Of a DNA stretch of 62,328 nucleotides, positions 27,089-36,293 are shown piece after piece. Every line of letters starts with the position of its first letter. Position 1 is the stretch's first letter. Below the pieces are notes generated by a model. The model was not told the DNA's origin, did not search any database, and saw nothing but the letters and a program-made list of their open reading frames with translations. The position numbers and the translations under genes are program-made. This DNA is from an uncultured bacterium (GTDB lineage: Bacteria > Chlamydiota > Chlamydiia > Chlamydiales > 2-12-FULL-49-11): contig CAZKFL010000004.1 of assembly GCA_964552055.1 (NCBI GenBank), forward strand, positions 28,892 to 91,219, written 5' to 3'.

Positions 27089-27277
27089 CTATTGCTTGAT
27101 AGAAAAAATCATTTTTCCAATTTCACGAGTTCTTTCCGTTGCTCCCAGATGATTTTGGTTGTCTGCATCTGCTTTGAAAGAGTATTTTTCATCATACATG
27201 GGGGAAATATAATTTGTGATGGATGAATTAAACGGATTTTGGATAGCGCTATATGTTGAATCAAGACTGATTTTCAT
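27089..27277 (-). CDS. Small hypothetical protein, 62 aa
   Basis: ATG preceded by GAGG; fills the gap opposite bioY. Confidence 0.35.
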   Translation of the reverse strand: MKISLDSTYSAIQNPFNSSITNYISPMYDEKYSFKADADNQNHLGATERTREIGKMIFSIKQ

Positions 27278-27420
27278 TTTCTTACCTCTAAATTTTTGTT
27301 TATATTATGTAATCTTTAATGGATTTTGTTCTTCCCGTCAACAAGAAATGAATGCTTTGATTTTTTAGAGAAGACAGGATATAATTACTCCTTCATTAGA
27401 TTTTATTCTAAAGGTCTTGT

Positions 27421-30144
27421 ATGTTAAGAGATGCGACAATAATGGTTCTTAGGGGAATGATAAGATTTCTTTTAAGTTTAAGATATCGGATAAAAATTCG
27501 AGGTGCGGATGTATTAAAAAGCCCGCAATTACAAGATAAGGGAATTTTGATTTTACCAAATCATCCGGCGGAAATCGAACCGTTTATGTTAATGGTTTTG
27601 CTGGGGAATAAATTTGATTTAAGACCTCTTGTTATTAGTAATTTTTATAATTATCCGTTTGCATCATGGATCATGAAGCTGATTCGAGCAAGGCCTGTTT
27701 CTGAATTTGATAAAGCCGTGAGTAGTTATAAATTAAAGGCAGCGGAAAAGCTTTTTCATGATGTTACCAATGACTTAAAAAGCAATAAGGCTGTCCTTCT
27801 TTATCCGAGCTCTGCATTAAAGACTTCTGGAGAAGAAAAAATCGGCGGAAGATCTTTGGCACATGCAACGCTTCAGGACGCTCCTGATAGTGAAATTCTT
27901 CTTGTCAGAATAACAGGTCTCTGGGGATCAATGTTTTCAAAAGCATACACGGAAGAGACGCCTAATTTTTGGAAAATTATTGGTAAGGGCGCTCTGCTTT
28001 TGTTAAAAAATTTGATCTTTTTTGCGCCAAGAAGGGAAGTTATTATTGAATACGCTCTTCCCCCAAAAGATTTTCCTAAGTTTGGTTCTAGAGCCGAATT
28101 TAATAAAGCCTTAGAAACATTTTATAATCAGTACCCAACAAAAACTGAGGAGAGACTAGCGAAAGAGCCTTTATCTAAAGTGCCCCTGTATTTTTGGTCG
28201 ACTAGATTCTATGAGGTGCCTAAAGCTTTGCCAAAACCGAATGTATATCACGAAATTTCAGTTCCTCTGCATATCCGTCAAGATATTATGTATCAACTTT
28301 CGGAAATGAGTGAGAAGTCTGTAAAAGAAATTCATGATCATAGTAATCTGATTTATGATTTGGGGCTAGACTCGCTGAATGTTGCCTCATTATATACGTA
28401 TTTAGATAGTCATTACGAATTAGAAAAAAGTTTGGAGCCAGGTGATCTTATGGTAGTTCAAGACCTTTTTGCGGCAGCTATGCGATTAAAGAAAGGTGGA
28501 AAAGATGAGTCGATTAAACTAGATGATTCTTCATGGCCTAAATATGGAAGAAGACCAGATCCTGTACATGCTAAGGGCGAGAGTATTGTAGAAGCTTTTT
28601 TCAATAAGGCGGATGAGTTAAAGAGTGCGCCTGCAATTGCAGATGCCGTTTCTGGCGTGATGGATTACCAGACAATGAAAAGAGCAATTGTCATTTTAGC
28701 TAAAGAGATTCAAAAGTTAGAAGGCAACTATATTGGTATTATGCTGCCAGCTTCGAATGGTGTTTTTCTAGTTATTTTAGCAACTATGCTTGCTGGCAAA
28801 GTTCCTGTGCCTCTCAACTGGACTGTTGGATCATTTTTCTTAAACCATGCAATTGATTTAATGGATATTAAGAATGTTATCACTTCAGAAAAATTCATGA
28901 AGAGACTTGATAATGTTGATATTGGAAAGGCATTAGATCTTCTTGTAACACTTGAAGATATACGAAAAGGACTTTCAATTAAAGATAAGCTTAGTGGTGC
29001 CTTTCTTGCAAAGCGTAGTGGAAAAACGATATTAAGCAAATTTCCTGGTGGGAAGATTAAAGGGGATGACATTGCAGTGGTTCTCTTTACTAGTGGGACA
29101 ACTGCTTTGCCAAAAGCAGTTCCGTTAAGTCACAAAAATATTATTATCGATCAGAGAGATACGCTTGAGGCAATAGATCTTCATGAAAGTGATGTAATTA
29201 TGATGCCTTTGCCGCCATTCCATATTTTTGGTTTAAACATAGGATTTCTTGGATTGCTTTTAGGGCTTCGAACGGTTTATTCTCCTGATCCATTGGATGG
29301 TTCTCATATTGCAAAAGAGATTTTGAAATGGAGAGCAAGCGTTGTTATTATGGCGCCTACATTTTTCTCACATCTATTTAGATCAGCTACTTTAAGTCAG
29401 TTGAAATCTGTTCGTTTATGTGCGTCTGGAGCTGAAAAGGCACCTCCTACATTGCTTGAATTTGTCCAAAAATTAGGAAGCGTGATGTGGCTTGAAGGTT
29501 ATGGATTAACAGAGACATCGCCTATGATTTCTGTAAACACGAGCAAGGAAAGACCAAGAGGAGTTGGAAAAATTATTCCTGCTGTTGATCTTGTCATTCG
29601 TGATCCAGAGACCGGAGTAAAATTAAATGTTCATCAAATTGGTGAAATTTGCGTTCGTGGAGATACCATATTTAATGGATACTACAAGCAAGATAATTCG
29701 GATTATTTTGTGGATATTGAAGGTAAGAGTTACTATAAAACAGGTGATCTAGGCTACTATGATGAGGATAGATACCTTTATCTAGAGGGTCGTCTCAAGC
29801 TTACATTTAAAAGAGGTGGCGAGATGATCAATTTAGTGGCAATTGAAAAGGTCTTGTTTGATAAAGCTAAGGAAAAAGGTTGGATCCCGCCTGATACGGG
29901 TAGATCTCCATTTGCCTGCGCCCCAAAAGAAGTGACGGGGGCAGCAACAAGAGCTGTTCTATTTAGTGAAATTAACATTGCTTTGGACCAAGTCAATAGC
30001 GCTCTTTTAGAAGCAGGTTTTTCGCGCCTTTATAAAATTAATGAAGTGATTCATATAGATGAATTGCCCCTACTAAAGACAGGTAAAGTTTGTTATAGAA
30101 AACTGTTTGATAAAATCAAAGAAAATGAAGTGGTAAAAGTCTGA
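27421..30144 (+). CDS. aas: Aas-like fusion: acyltransferase, carrier (ACP) domain and acyl-ACP synthetase
   Basis: NHPAEIEP acyltransferase motif; DLGLDSL phosphopantetheine motif; FTSGTT.LPK, EGYGLTE, YKTGDLG, LKTGKV adenylation motifs. Confidence 0.85.
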   Translation: MLRDATIMVLRGMIRFLLSLRYRIKIRGADVLKSPQLQDKGILILPNHPAEIEPFMLMVLLGNKFDLRPLVISNFYNYPFASWIMKLIRARPVSEFDKAVSSYKLKAAEKLFHDVTNDLKSNKAVLLYPSSALKTSGEEKIGGRSLAHATLQDAPDSEILLVRITGLWGSMFSKAYTEETPNFWKIIGKGALLLLKNLIFFAPRREVIIEYALPPKDFPKFGSRAEFNKALETFYNQYPTKTEERLAKEPLSKVPLYFWSTRFYEVPKALPKPNVYHEISVPLHIRQDIMYQLSEMSEKSVKEIHDHSNLIYDLGLDSLNVASLYTYLDSHYELEKSLEPGDLMVVQDLFAAAMRLKKGGKDESIKLDDSSWPKYGRRPDPVHAKGESIVEAFFNKADELKSAPAIADAVSGVMDYQTMKRAIVILAKEIQKLEGNYIGIMLPASNGVFLVILATMLAGKVPVPLNWTVGSFFLNHAIDLMDIKNVITSEKFMKRLDNVDIGKALDLLVTLEDIRKGLSIKDKLSGAFLAKRSGKTILSKFPGGKIKGDDIAVVLFTSGTTALPKAVPLSHKNIIIDQRDTLEAIDLHESDVIMMPLPPFHIFGLNIGFLGLLLGLRTVYSPDPLDGSHIAKEILKWRASVVIMAPTFFSHLFRSATLSQLKSVRLCASGAEKAPPTLLEFVQKLGSVMWLEGYGLTETSPMISVNTSKERPRGVGKIIPAVDLVIRDPETGVKLNVHQIGEICVRGDTIFNGYYKQDNSDYFVDIEGKSYYKTGDLGYYDEDRYLYLEGRLKLTFKRGGEMINLVAIEKVLFDKAKEKGWIPPDTGRSPFACAPKEVTGAATRAVLFSEINIALDQVNSALLEAGFSRLYKINEVIHIDELPLLKTGKVCYRKLFDKIKENEVVKV

Positions 30145-30145
30145 T

Positions 30146-31546
30146 ATGCTGAACGTATTTGATACCAAATCTAGAAAAATAGTCGAGTTAACACCTGCTG
30201 ATGGAAAGACCATTAAAATGTATACATGTGGTCCAACAATTTATAATTTCCCTCATATCGGAAATTTGCGCACCTATGTATTTGAGGACCTCTTAAGACG
30301 GACAATCAAGTATTTCGGAATGGGTGTAAAGCAAGTAATGAATCTAACAGACATCGATGATAAGACGATTCGAGGCGCTCTTGCAAAAAAAGTTTCTTTG
30401 TTAGAGTTTACAGATGTTTATAAACACGCATTTTTTCAAGATTTAGAGACCTTGCAAATTGAAAAGGCTGAGGTCTATCCGGCAGCAACAGATCATATTA
30501 AAGAGATGATCTCCATGATCGAGACCCTTATTGCTAAAGGAATTGCCTATAAAACAGAAGATGGAAATGTTTTTTATCGCATTGCGAAATTCCCCACATA
30601 CGGCGCACTGTCTCACCTCAATTTGAAAGATTTAAAAGAGGGCGCATCTAAAAGAGTTAGTAATGATGAATATGAAAAGGAAAGTGTCAGTGACTTTGCT
30701 TTATGGAAGGCCTACGAAAAAGAAAAAGATGGCGATATTTTTTGGGAATCACCTTTTGGAAAAGGGCGCCCCGGCTGGCACATCGAGTGCTCTGCAATGG
30801 CAATTGCCTATCTAGGTGAAACACTTGATCTTCATATGGGCGGCGTTGATAACATGTTTCCGCATCACGAAAACGAAATTGCCCAATCAGAAGGGTGCAC
30901 AGGAAAAACATTTTCAAGGTTTTGGATGCATTCCGAACACCTTCTTGTCGATGGCAAGAAAATGTCTAAAAGTTTAGGAAATTTTTATACCCTCCGCGAT
31001 CTTTTAGAGAAGGGATACAAAGGGCGCGAAGTCCGCTACCTTCTCCTATCAACACATTATAGAACGCAACTTAACTTCACCTTTGAAGGCCTTGAGGCTG
31101 CTCGTCAAAGCCTCAAACGCATTGATGACTTTGTATTCAGGCTGAAGCATATTCAAACGGAAAGCGATAATTCTATCACAGGATTTATAGAAGACTTCAA
31201 GAAACTTTTTAAAGAGAGCTTAGGCGATGATTTAAATATCTCTAATGCTTTAGCCGCCCTCTTTGATTTTATCCGCAAAATGAACACCTACATGGACAGC
31301 GAAAGCCTTGGAAAAACAGGCGCCGCCGAAATCCTCGCCCTTTTTACAGAGCTTGATACAATTCTATCCCTATTTAATCAAGATGATGAAAAGCCACCTT
31401 CCGAAATAGAGGAAAAAGCAAAACTCCGCCTCAAAGCGCGCCAGGATAAAGACTGGAAGTTAGCAGACGTTTTACGAAAAGAGATCGATGCAGCGGGCTA
31501 CATTGTGGAAGATTCACCTGCAGGTTACCTCCTAAAAAGAAAATAA
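30146..31546 (+). CDS. cysS: Cysteine--tRNA ligase
   Basis: YTCGPT.Y..PHIGN, GRPGWHIECSAM, PHHENE, KMSKS. Confidence 0.98.
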   Translation: MLNVFDTKSRKIVELTPADGKTIKMYTCGPTIYNFPHIGNLRTYVFEDLLRRTIKYFGMGVKQVMNLTDIDDKTIRGALAKKVSLLEFTDVYKHAFFQDLETLQIEKAEVYPAATDHIKEMISMIETLIAKGIAYKTEDGNVFYRIAKFPTYGALSHLNLKDLKEGASKRVSNDEYEKESVSDFALWKAYEKEKDGDIFWESPFGKGRPGWHIECSAMAIAYLGETLDLHMGGVDNMFPHHENEIAQSEGCTGKTFSRFWMHSEHLLVDGKKMSKSLGNFYTLRDLLEKGYKGREVRYLLLSTHYRTQLNFTFEGLEAARQSLKRIDDFVFRLKHIQTESDNSITGFIEDFKKLFKESLGDDLNISNALAALFDFIRKMNTYMDSESLGKTGAAEILALFTELDTILSLFNQDDEKPPSEIEEKAKLRLKARQDKDWKLADVLRKEIDAAGYIVEDSPAGYLLKRK

Positions 31547-31593
31547 ATTCACTAAAGAGCATATTTAAAGGAATGTAACTTCATTGTAATCAG

Positions 31594-32418
31594 ATGCTTG
31601 AGGTGGTGTTGGGTATGTCAAATTCAGAAGGTCGAGTGATTCAAGTTGTTCCTTATGATCCTAATTGGCCAAAAATGTTCGAGGTTGAGGCAGAGCTTAT
31701 TCGAGAGCGAATGGGGGAAAACTGCATATCCATTCATCATATAGGTTCTACATCGGTTGCTGATTTACCAGCTAAACCTGTTATTGATATGCTCGTGGTT
31801 GTAAAGGATATTCGAAAAGTTGATCAAGCAAATCAGCTCATGGAAGAGATCGGATATGAAGCTAAAGGTGAGAATGGAATGGCCTTTCGAAGGTTTTTTC
31901 AAAAGGGGAATCCCGTTCGAACTCACCATATTCATGCCTATGAAGAGGGCGATCCTGAAATAGATCGGTATCTAAAATTTCGCAACTGGCTCCGCATGCA
32001 TAAAGAGGATGCAGAAAAATATGCATCATTAAAGAAGGAATTAGCGGCAAGATTTCCAAGTGACATTCTTAAGTATGTTTCCGGTAAAAGCGCCTTTGTA
32101 GAAGGTATTGATGAAAAGGACGGTTTTGATGGCTGGCGTATTGTCCAAGCGCTTACAGAGCAAGAGTTTGCTGCAGTACGATCTCTTTCGGGTAATCAAA
32201 TGCCCCTCATAGGAATAAACCACATTCATTTTGTTTTTTACAAAGTAGCCAAAATTATTGGCTATGCGCATCTGAAGCTCTGCGAAAATCACGAGGCAGT
32301 TATAGAAATGCTTAAAATTGATCATCGCTACTTTAGCCAAGCGATTGAAAGTCAATTTTATAAACAGTGTGAGCGCTGGCTAACTCATCAAGGTTATACA
32401 AACAAGACCAGGGAATAA
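31594..32418 (+). CDS. GrpB/UPF0157 family nucleotidyltransferase-like protein with a C-terminal extension
   Basis: YDPNWP..F..E, HIGSTSV..L.AKPVID, RTHHIH, FRNWLR, Y..LKKELA, Y..GKSAFV. Confidence 0.88.
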   Translation: MLEVVLGMSNSEGRVIQVVPYDPNWPKMFEVEAELIRERMGENCISIHHIGSTSVADLPAKPVIDMLVVVKDIRKVDQANQLMEEIGYEAKGENGMAFRRFFQKGNPVRTHHIHAYEEGDPEIDRYLKFRNWLRMHKEDAEKYASLKKELAARFPSDILKYVSGKSAFVEGIDEKDGFDGWRIVQALTEQEFAAVRSLSGNQMPLIGINHIHFVFYKVAKIIGYAHLKLCENHEAVIEMLKIDHRYFSQAIESQFYKQCERWLTHQGYTNKTRE

Positions 32419-32445
32419 TGACTATTGCAGATTTTTCTACCATGA
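32258..32445. repeat. 188-bp direct repeat, copy A (3' end of the GrpB gene plus downstream DNA)
   Basis: Matches 33408-33595; offset 1150; 5 mismatches. Confidence 0.97.
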
Positions 32446-32545
32446 CAATGGGATTTCATCGATTTGTTTGTAACTCTACTTAGGGAAAAGGACTATATGA
32501 TTTAAAAGAATCAAAAAAGTAGAAGATCTAGAGCTTTAGGTTTTT

Positions 32546-32598
32546 TTTATCATCTTCTTTTTATTCTATGAGCGAACAGGATCCTAATATCGCTGCCC
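32546..32598. repeat. Single arm of the GCAGCGATATTAGGATCC palindromic element family
   Basis: tgagcgaacaggatcctaatatcgctgccc matches 62279-62308 at 28/30. Confidence 0.85.
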
Positions 32599-32784
32599 CT
32601 TTTTTTTATATCATTTATCTTAATGATGGGTTTTTCGCTCATCCAGTATGAGCTCTTCTATGACGCAAGCTCATTTCTAAAGATCCAGGACGAAATCTTT
32701 TACGAACCTTTATGATAACTCTTTTCTTATATAGTTCAATTGTATAAGATTGTTTTTCTTATAAATTTTAAGTAAGGGAAAAAA

Positions 32785-33225
32785 ATGTCGACAATCTCAA
32801 CGGTATCGATTGGAATTGAGTTTAAAGGAAGTTCTGAATGGTCGAAACGCGCAACCATTACGGCTATTAATCTTCGCGGTCTTGGTAGTAATATTTCCGC
32901 AGTATCTGCTCCCAGTGTGGAGTGCGTATTAAAAGAGGGTCCTTTACGCTGGGTTATTCCAGTTAAAGTTGTGCATCAGGCTCCTTTTCAAACAGAAAGG
33001 CGTCTTGATAAACTTAGTTTGAGTCCGGAAGATGCAAGAAAAATACAACTTACCGCTAGAATTTTTAAGGAAGACTTAGTTGGAGGCCGTCTTAGAATGT
33101 ATAGACAGTCTGACATTCCTATTGAAATTGCTGAGCGTTCAGGACTTGAAGCGGGAGAAAGTTATCTTATCCGAATACAAAATATTGGCGATCGTTGTTT
33201 AAAGGCATCATTTGTTAAGTTGTGA
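32785..33225 (+). CDS. Hypothetical protein, 146 aa, beta-rich
   Basis: ATG with upstream AAGGG; no recognised motif. Confidence 0.55.
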   Translation: MSTISTVSIGIEFKGSSEWSKRATITAINLRGLGSNISAVSAPSVECVLKEGPLRWVIPVKVVHQAPFQTERRLDKLSLSPEDARKIQLTARIFKEDLVGGRLRMYRQSDIPIEIAERSGLEAGESYLIRIQNIGDRCLKASFVKL

Positions 33226-33231
33226 GAGGAA

Positions 33232-33426
33232 ATGGCTGAAGAGATTGCTTCAAGTGGAGTATCATCTTGGACAGGTGGTGGGGAGGGACGAGCTCTAGAG
33301 ATGTCTCCCTTAGATTTTGAAAAAGTAAACGTTTTAATGAAGAAATATAAAACGCCCCAGATAGCCTCAGCGATAAGAGAGTATTGTGGCGTCTTAGTAA
33401 CACATCCTTGGCTATGCGCATCTTAA
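33232..33426 (+). CDS. Short ORF (64 aa), probably a truncated gene whose end comes from the duplicated segment
   Basis: GAGGA RBS before the ATG; stop lies inside repeat copy B. Confidence 0.4.
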   Translation: MAEEIASSGVSSWTGGGEGRALEMSPLDFEKVNVLMKKYKTPQIASAIREYCGVLVTHPWLCAS

Positions 33427-33595
33427 GCTCTGCGAGAATCATGAGGCAGTTATAGAAATGCTTAAAATTGATCAACGCTACTTTAGCCAAGCAATTGAAA
33501 GTCAATTTTATAAACAGTGTGAGCGCTGGCTAACTCATCAAGGTTATACAAACAAGACCAGGGAATAATGACTATTGCAGATTTTTCTACCATGA
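33408..33595. repeat. 188-bp direct repeat, copy B
   Basis: Matches 32258-32445. Confidence 0.97.
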
Positions 33596-33608
33596 GAACG
33601 CCGGGAGA

Positions 33609-34085
33609 TTAAAAAACCCAGCCATACTTTAGGGTGGGTAGCCAGAAAAATACAGGGTCTGATTCGCAACTAAAGAAAAGATCTTGTCCTTGATAGCCGA
33701 GTGCTAATGGGAATGCAATGGATGAACGGCCATCATTGTCTCCATAAATATGGCCAGCTCCTATACCAAATGTTATATTCCATCCACCATAATTGGGGTT
33801 ATTTGCTTGTTTGGGCCATGGAAATACGATCCCTGAAATAGTAATTTTTTCTACGCCTGCCATGCCCATCATTGAGGAAGCATTTGCGTCTAATTGAAGG
33901 CCTAAATATTTTCTTTGCATGCGTGCCGAGCAACCAACGCCAGGCATAACAAGTGTTAGTTGTAAGTAGGGAATAACTGTAAATTTCATTTCGGAGGATT
34001 TTTCTTTTAGGAGAGAGATGTTCTCACTTAATAGATTTGTGCTTCCTAGCAAAGAAACAATAAGTATGGCTAAAACGATTTTCAT
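33609..34085 (-). CDS. Small outer-membrane beta-barrel-like protein
   Basis: Signal-peptide-like N-terminus, alternating beta-strand pattern, C-terminal LKYGWVF. Confidence 0.6.
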   Translation of the reverse strand: MKIVLAILIVSLLGSTNLLSENISLLKEKSSEMKFTVIPYLQLTLVMPGVGCSARMQRKYLGLQLDANASSMMGMAGVEKITISGIVFPWPKQANNPNYGGWNITFGIGAGHIYGDNDGRSSIAFPLALGYQGQDLFFSCESDPVFFWLPTLKYGWVF

Positions 34086-34154
34086 GGGGGTATTTCTAGA
34101 TTCCTATTTAAAATTAATGGTAAGATTTTTGGCGGTGCAATAAAAGTTAGGCTA

Positions 34155-34373
34155 TATACTGCTCGTGTTTCAAAAATTGGTTTTTTCTTCGATATATATT
34201 CCCATCTTTAAATTTGGCTCGTGTCCCACTAAAAAGTGTTCACAGAACACTTTTTTTAACGCGGGCCCCTTCTAGTGCAAATAGCACTTTGCCTGAGACA
34301 CCAGCTTCGCTTAATTCAAATCTGGGGATTTCAGACCCCAAAAATTCCCAATTTTTGAATCGCTCTCAGTATA
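34155..34373. mobile_element. 219-bp MITE, TATACTG...CAGTATA family, copy 1
   Basis: 26-bp imperfect TIRs (tatactgctcgtgtttcaaaaattgg / ccaatttttgaatcgctctcagtata); same length as and colinear with 36054-36272; internal hairpins. Confidence 0.9.
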
Positions 34374-34439
34374 GAATTAAACAATCAATAATGCCCTATT
34401 TTTGAATCACGCGCTGCATATATAATTTTTAAGAGAAAA

Positions 34440-34609
34440 CCGGTTACGGTTACGCATGCGGATACGGTTACGACTCTCGAGACCGCATTCTACGATGCGG
34501 GAATCCAAAAGGACGGCTGCTCTCGCGCCGGCACCCAAACACGATTATTATTTGATCAACTGCGTGAAACAGCAGCCATTCCCGTAACCGCCTGCGTAAC
34601 CGTAACCGG
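34440..34609. repeat. 170-bp palindromic (REPIN-like) element with GTTACG-unit arms
   Basis: ccggttacggttacgcatgcggatacgg vs reverse complement of 34582-34609 (26/28); inner ggctgct/agcagcc pair. Confidence 0.9.
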
Positions 34610-34692
34610 ATTTAATTTTTAAATGTCTTAAACAGAAGCTTGTAGCCTAATTTTTATTGCACCGCCAGATTTTTTATGTAATTAGGGTATGT

Positions 34693-35193
34693 CTAATATT
34701 GGATGCTAGCAATTGTTCCTGAGATGGTCATGGTCGAAAGGAGAGCAATTGCGGGTTCATTCGTGTATAAATAGATCGCTATCCCGCCTAGGCAACCGGC
34801 AGCAATGGCTGCTTTGCTGCCGCCGAGAGCGTGTGTGGCTACCAAGCTTCCTGCAAATGCAGCTCCTGCGCCAATAAGACCGCCAAAAATTATGCCGTCA
34901 TACATGTCATTATATACATTTCTTCCAACAGCTACTCCTGCAAGCGTTCCAAAAGCCACAAGCGATTGTGCTCCAATTGCTCCAAGAGCGTGTGCAGAGG
35001 CGTTTAGAAATGGATTCCGATGCGAAATGGGGTCAATTTGATTTAAGTCTGAATAGATAGTTGTGGAGCTTCGTAAAAGAGAAGATGCTTGAGCATCAAT
35101 CTCCCTTACCTCAATTATATCTTCATTTTTAACATCACCAAATAGAGAAACAAAACCTAGTCCGAAAAATGCTAGTAATGGAAAAATTTTCAT
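34693..35193 (-). CDS. Gly/Ala-rich membrane or secreted protein (glycine-zipper-like)
   Basis: Signal-peptide-like N-terminus; GxxxG-rich hydrophobic helices. Confidence 0.6.
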   Translation of the reverse strand: MKIFPLLAFFGLGFVSLFGDVKNEDIIEVREIDAQASSLLRSSTTIYSDLNQIDPISHRNPFLNASAHALGAIGAQSLVAFGTLAGVAVGRNVYNDMYDGIIFGGLIGAGAAFAGSLVATHALGGSKAAIAAGCLGGIAIYLYTNEPAIALLSTMTISGTIASIQY

Positions 35194-35306
35194 ACGTACC
35201 TCGTTTTAAGCAAGTAATGATAGCAAGACTCTGAATATAGAGCAAGTGGTAACGCGCTTAGCTTTCTCAGTATCGCTTTTAACTACCTGGCTTTTATAAG
35301 CTTAAT

Positions 35307-35987
35307 TTAGTAGGTGAAGCCGAGGCCCATTCTGCTAGCGTTAAGAGCTAAGCTTTTTACTTTGCTGCTATAAGAGTGATTCTTGTACGTTCCAGAGTGC
35401 TGGTAGGAGAAGGTTGGCAGAGAAATGTTAGCTCCGATGTCTATGAAGCCATATTTAAATTTGAGTCCTGCTCTTCCTGATAATAGCCCGTAGAAATTAT
35501 TTTTCAATTTGCCGACTGTAGCTAGCGAATAGCTAACTCCTGTTCCTCCAAGAAGATAAAATTGCACATACTTTGTGTTAGTTGAAATACCTTTAGAAAT
35601 AATCAGGTTATTTAAGTAAATACTTCCGATTGTCTCTTCTTCATATACACCAGTAATATAATTTTGTACGTACTGAAATACTCTTTCCCTGTCTTGCACA
35701 ACTTCAAAGTCATAAAAGGAGTTCTTGGAGAGAATCCGATAGGAAACACCGATCCCTGGATAATAGTTAGGGATTCCAATCATGAAACGAGGTATGAACA
35801 CAAGGAGTTGGTTTTGGGTAGGCTCTATAGTAAGAGGAGAAAGTTCATTTAGAGGGAGATGCTTTTCTAGAATTTCGGTGTGGAGATTTGAGGGAGATGC
35901 AGCCTCATTTATGTTAACGGTCTCAAGATTTTCTGCGTTAATTGAATTGCTAAAAAGTAGAAGAGTGAGAAAAAAGTAAGCGCGCAT
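35307..35987 (-). CDS. Outer-membrane beta-barrel-like protein
   Basis: Signal peptide MRAYFFLTLLLFSNSINA; amphipathic strands; C-terminal MGLGFTY. Confidence 0.65.
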   Translation of the reverse strand: MRAYFFLTLLLFSNSINAENLETVNINEAASPSNLHTEILEKHLPLNELSPLTIEPTQNQLLVFIPRFMIGIPNYYPGIGVSYRILSKNSFYDFEVVQDRERVFQYVQNYITGVYEEETIGSIYLNNLIISKGISTNTKYVQFYLLGGTGVSYSLATVGKLKNNFYGLLSGRAGLKFKYGFIDIGANISLPTFSYQHSGTYKNHSYSSKVKSLALNASRMGLGFTY

Positions 35988-36016
35988 ACGGGGAACCTTT
36001 GGAAAATTTTGCGCTT

Positions 36017-36046
36017 ATTATGCTTTGTTAGAAGGGTTTTTGTCAA
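36017..36046 (-). promoter_or_regulatory. Sigma66/sigma70-type promoter of the 226-aa OMP gene
   Basis: TTGACA-N18-CATAAT on the minus strand, 30 bp upstream of the ATG. Confidence 0.55.
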
Positions 36047-36053
36047 ATGAATA

Positions 36054-36272
36054 TATACTGATCGTGTTTCAAAACTTGGTTTTTCCTTCGTTATAAATGC
36101 CCATATTTAAATTTACTTCGTGTCCCACTAAAAAGTGGCCATAGGACACTTTTTTTAACGCGGGCCCCTTCTAGTGTAAATAGCACTTAGCCTGAGGTAG
36201 CGGCTTCGCCTAATTCAAATCTGGGTATTTCAAACCCCGAAAATTCCCAATTTTTGAACCCCTCTCAGTATA
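36054..36272. mobile_element. 219-bp MITE, TATACTG...CAGTATA family, copy 2
   Basis: Colinear with 34155-34373, with scattered substitutions; TA-flanked. Confidence 0.9.
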
Positions 36273-36293
36273 ACCGTCGCATATAGCGACAAA

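Noticed and set aside
33215-33505. 96-aa minus-strand ORF resembling 32041-32355
   Set aside because: The similarity is only the antisense reading of the 188-bp duplication
34155-36272. 219-bp repeats considered as integron attC sites or CRISPR repeats
   Set aside because: No RYYYAAC/GTTRRRY cores, no integrase or cas genes; TA-flanked TIRs fit MITEs
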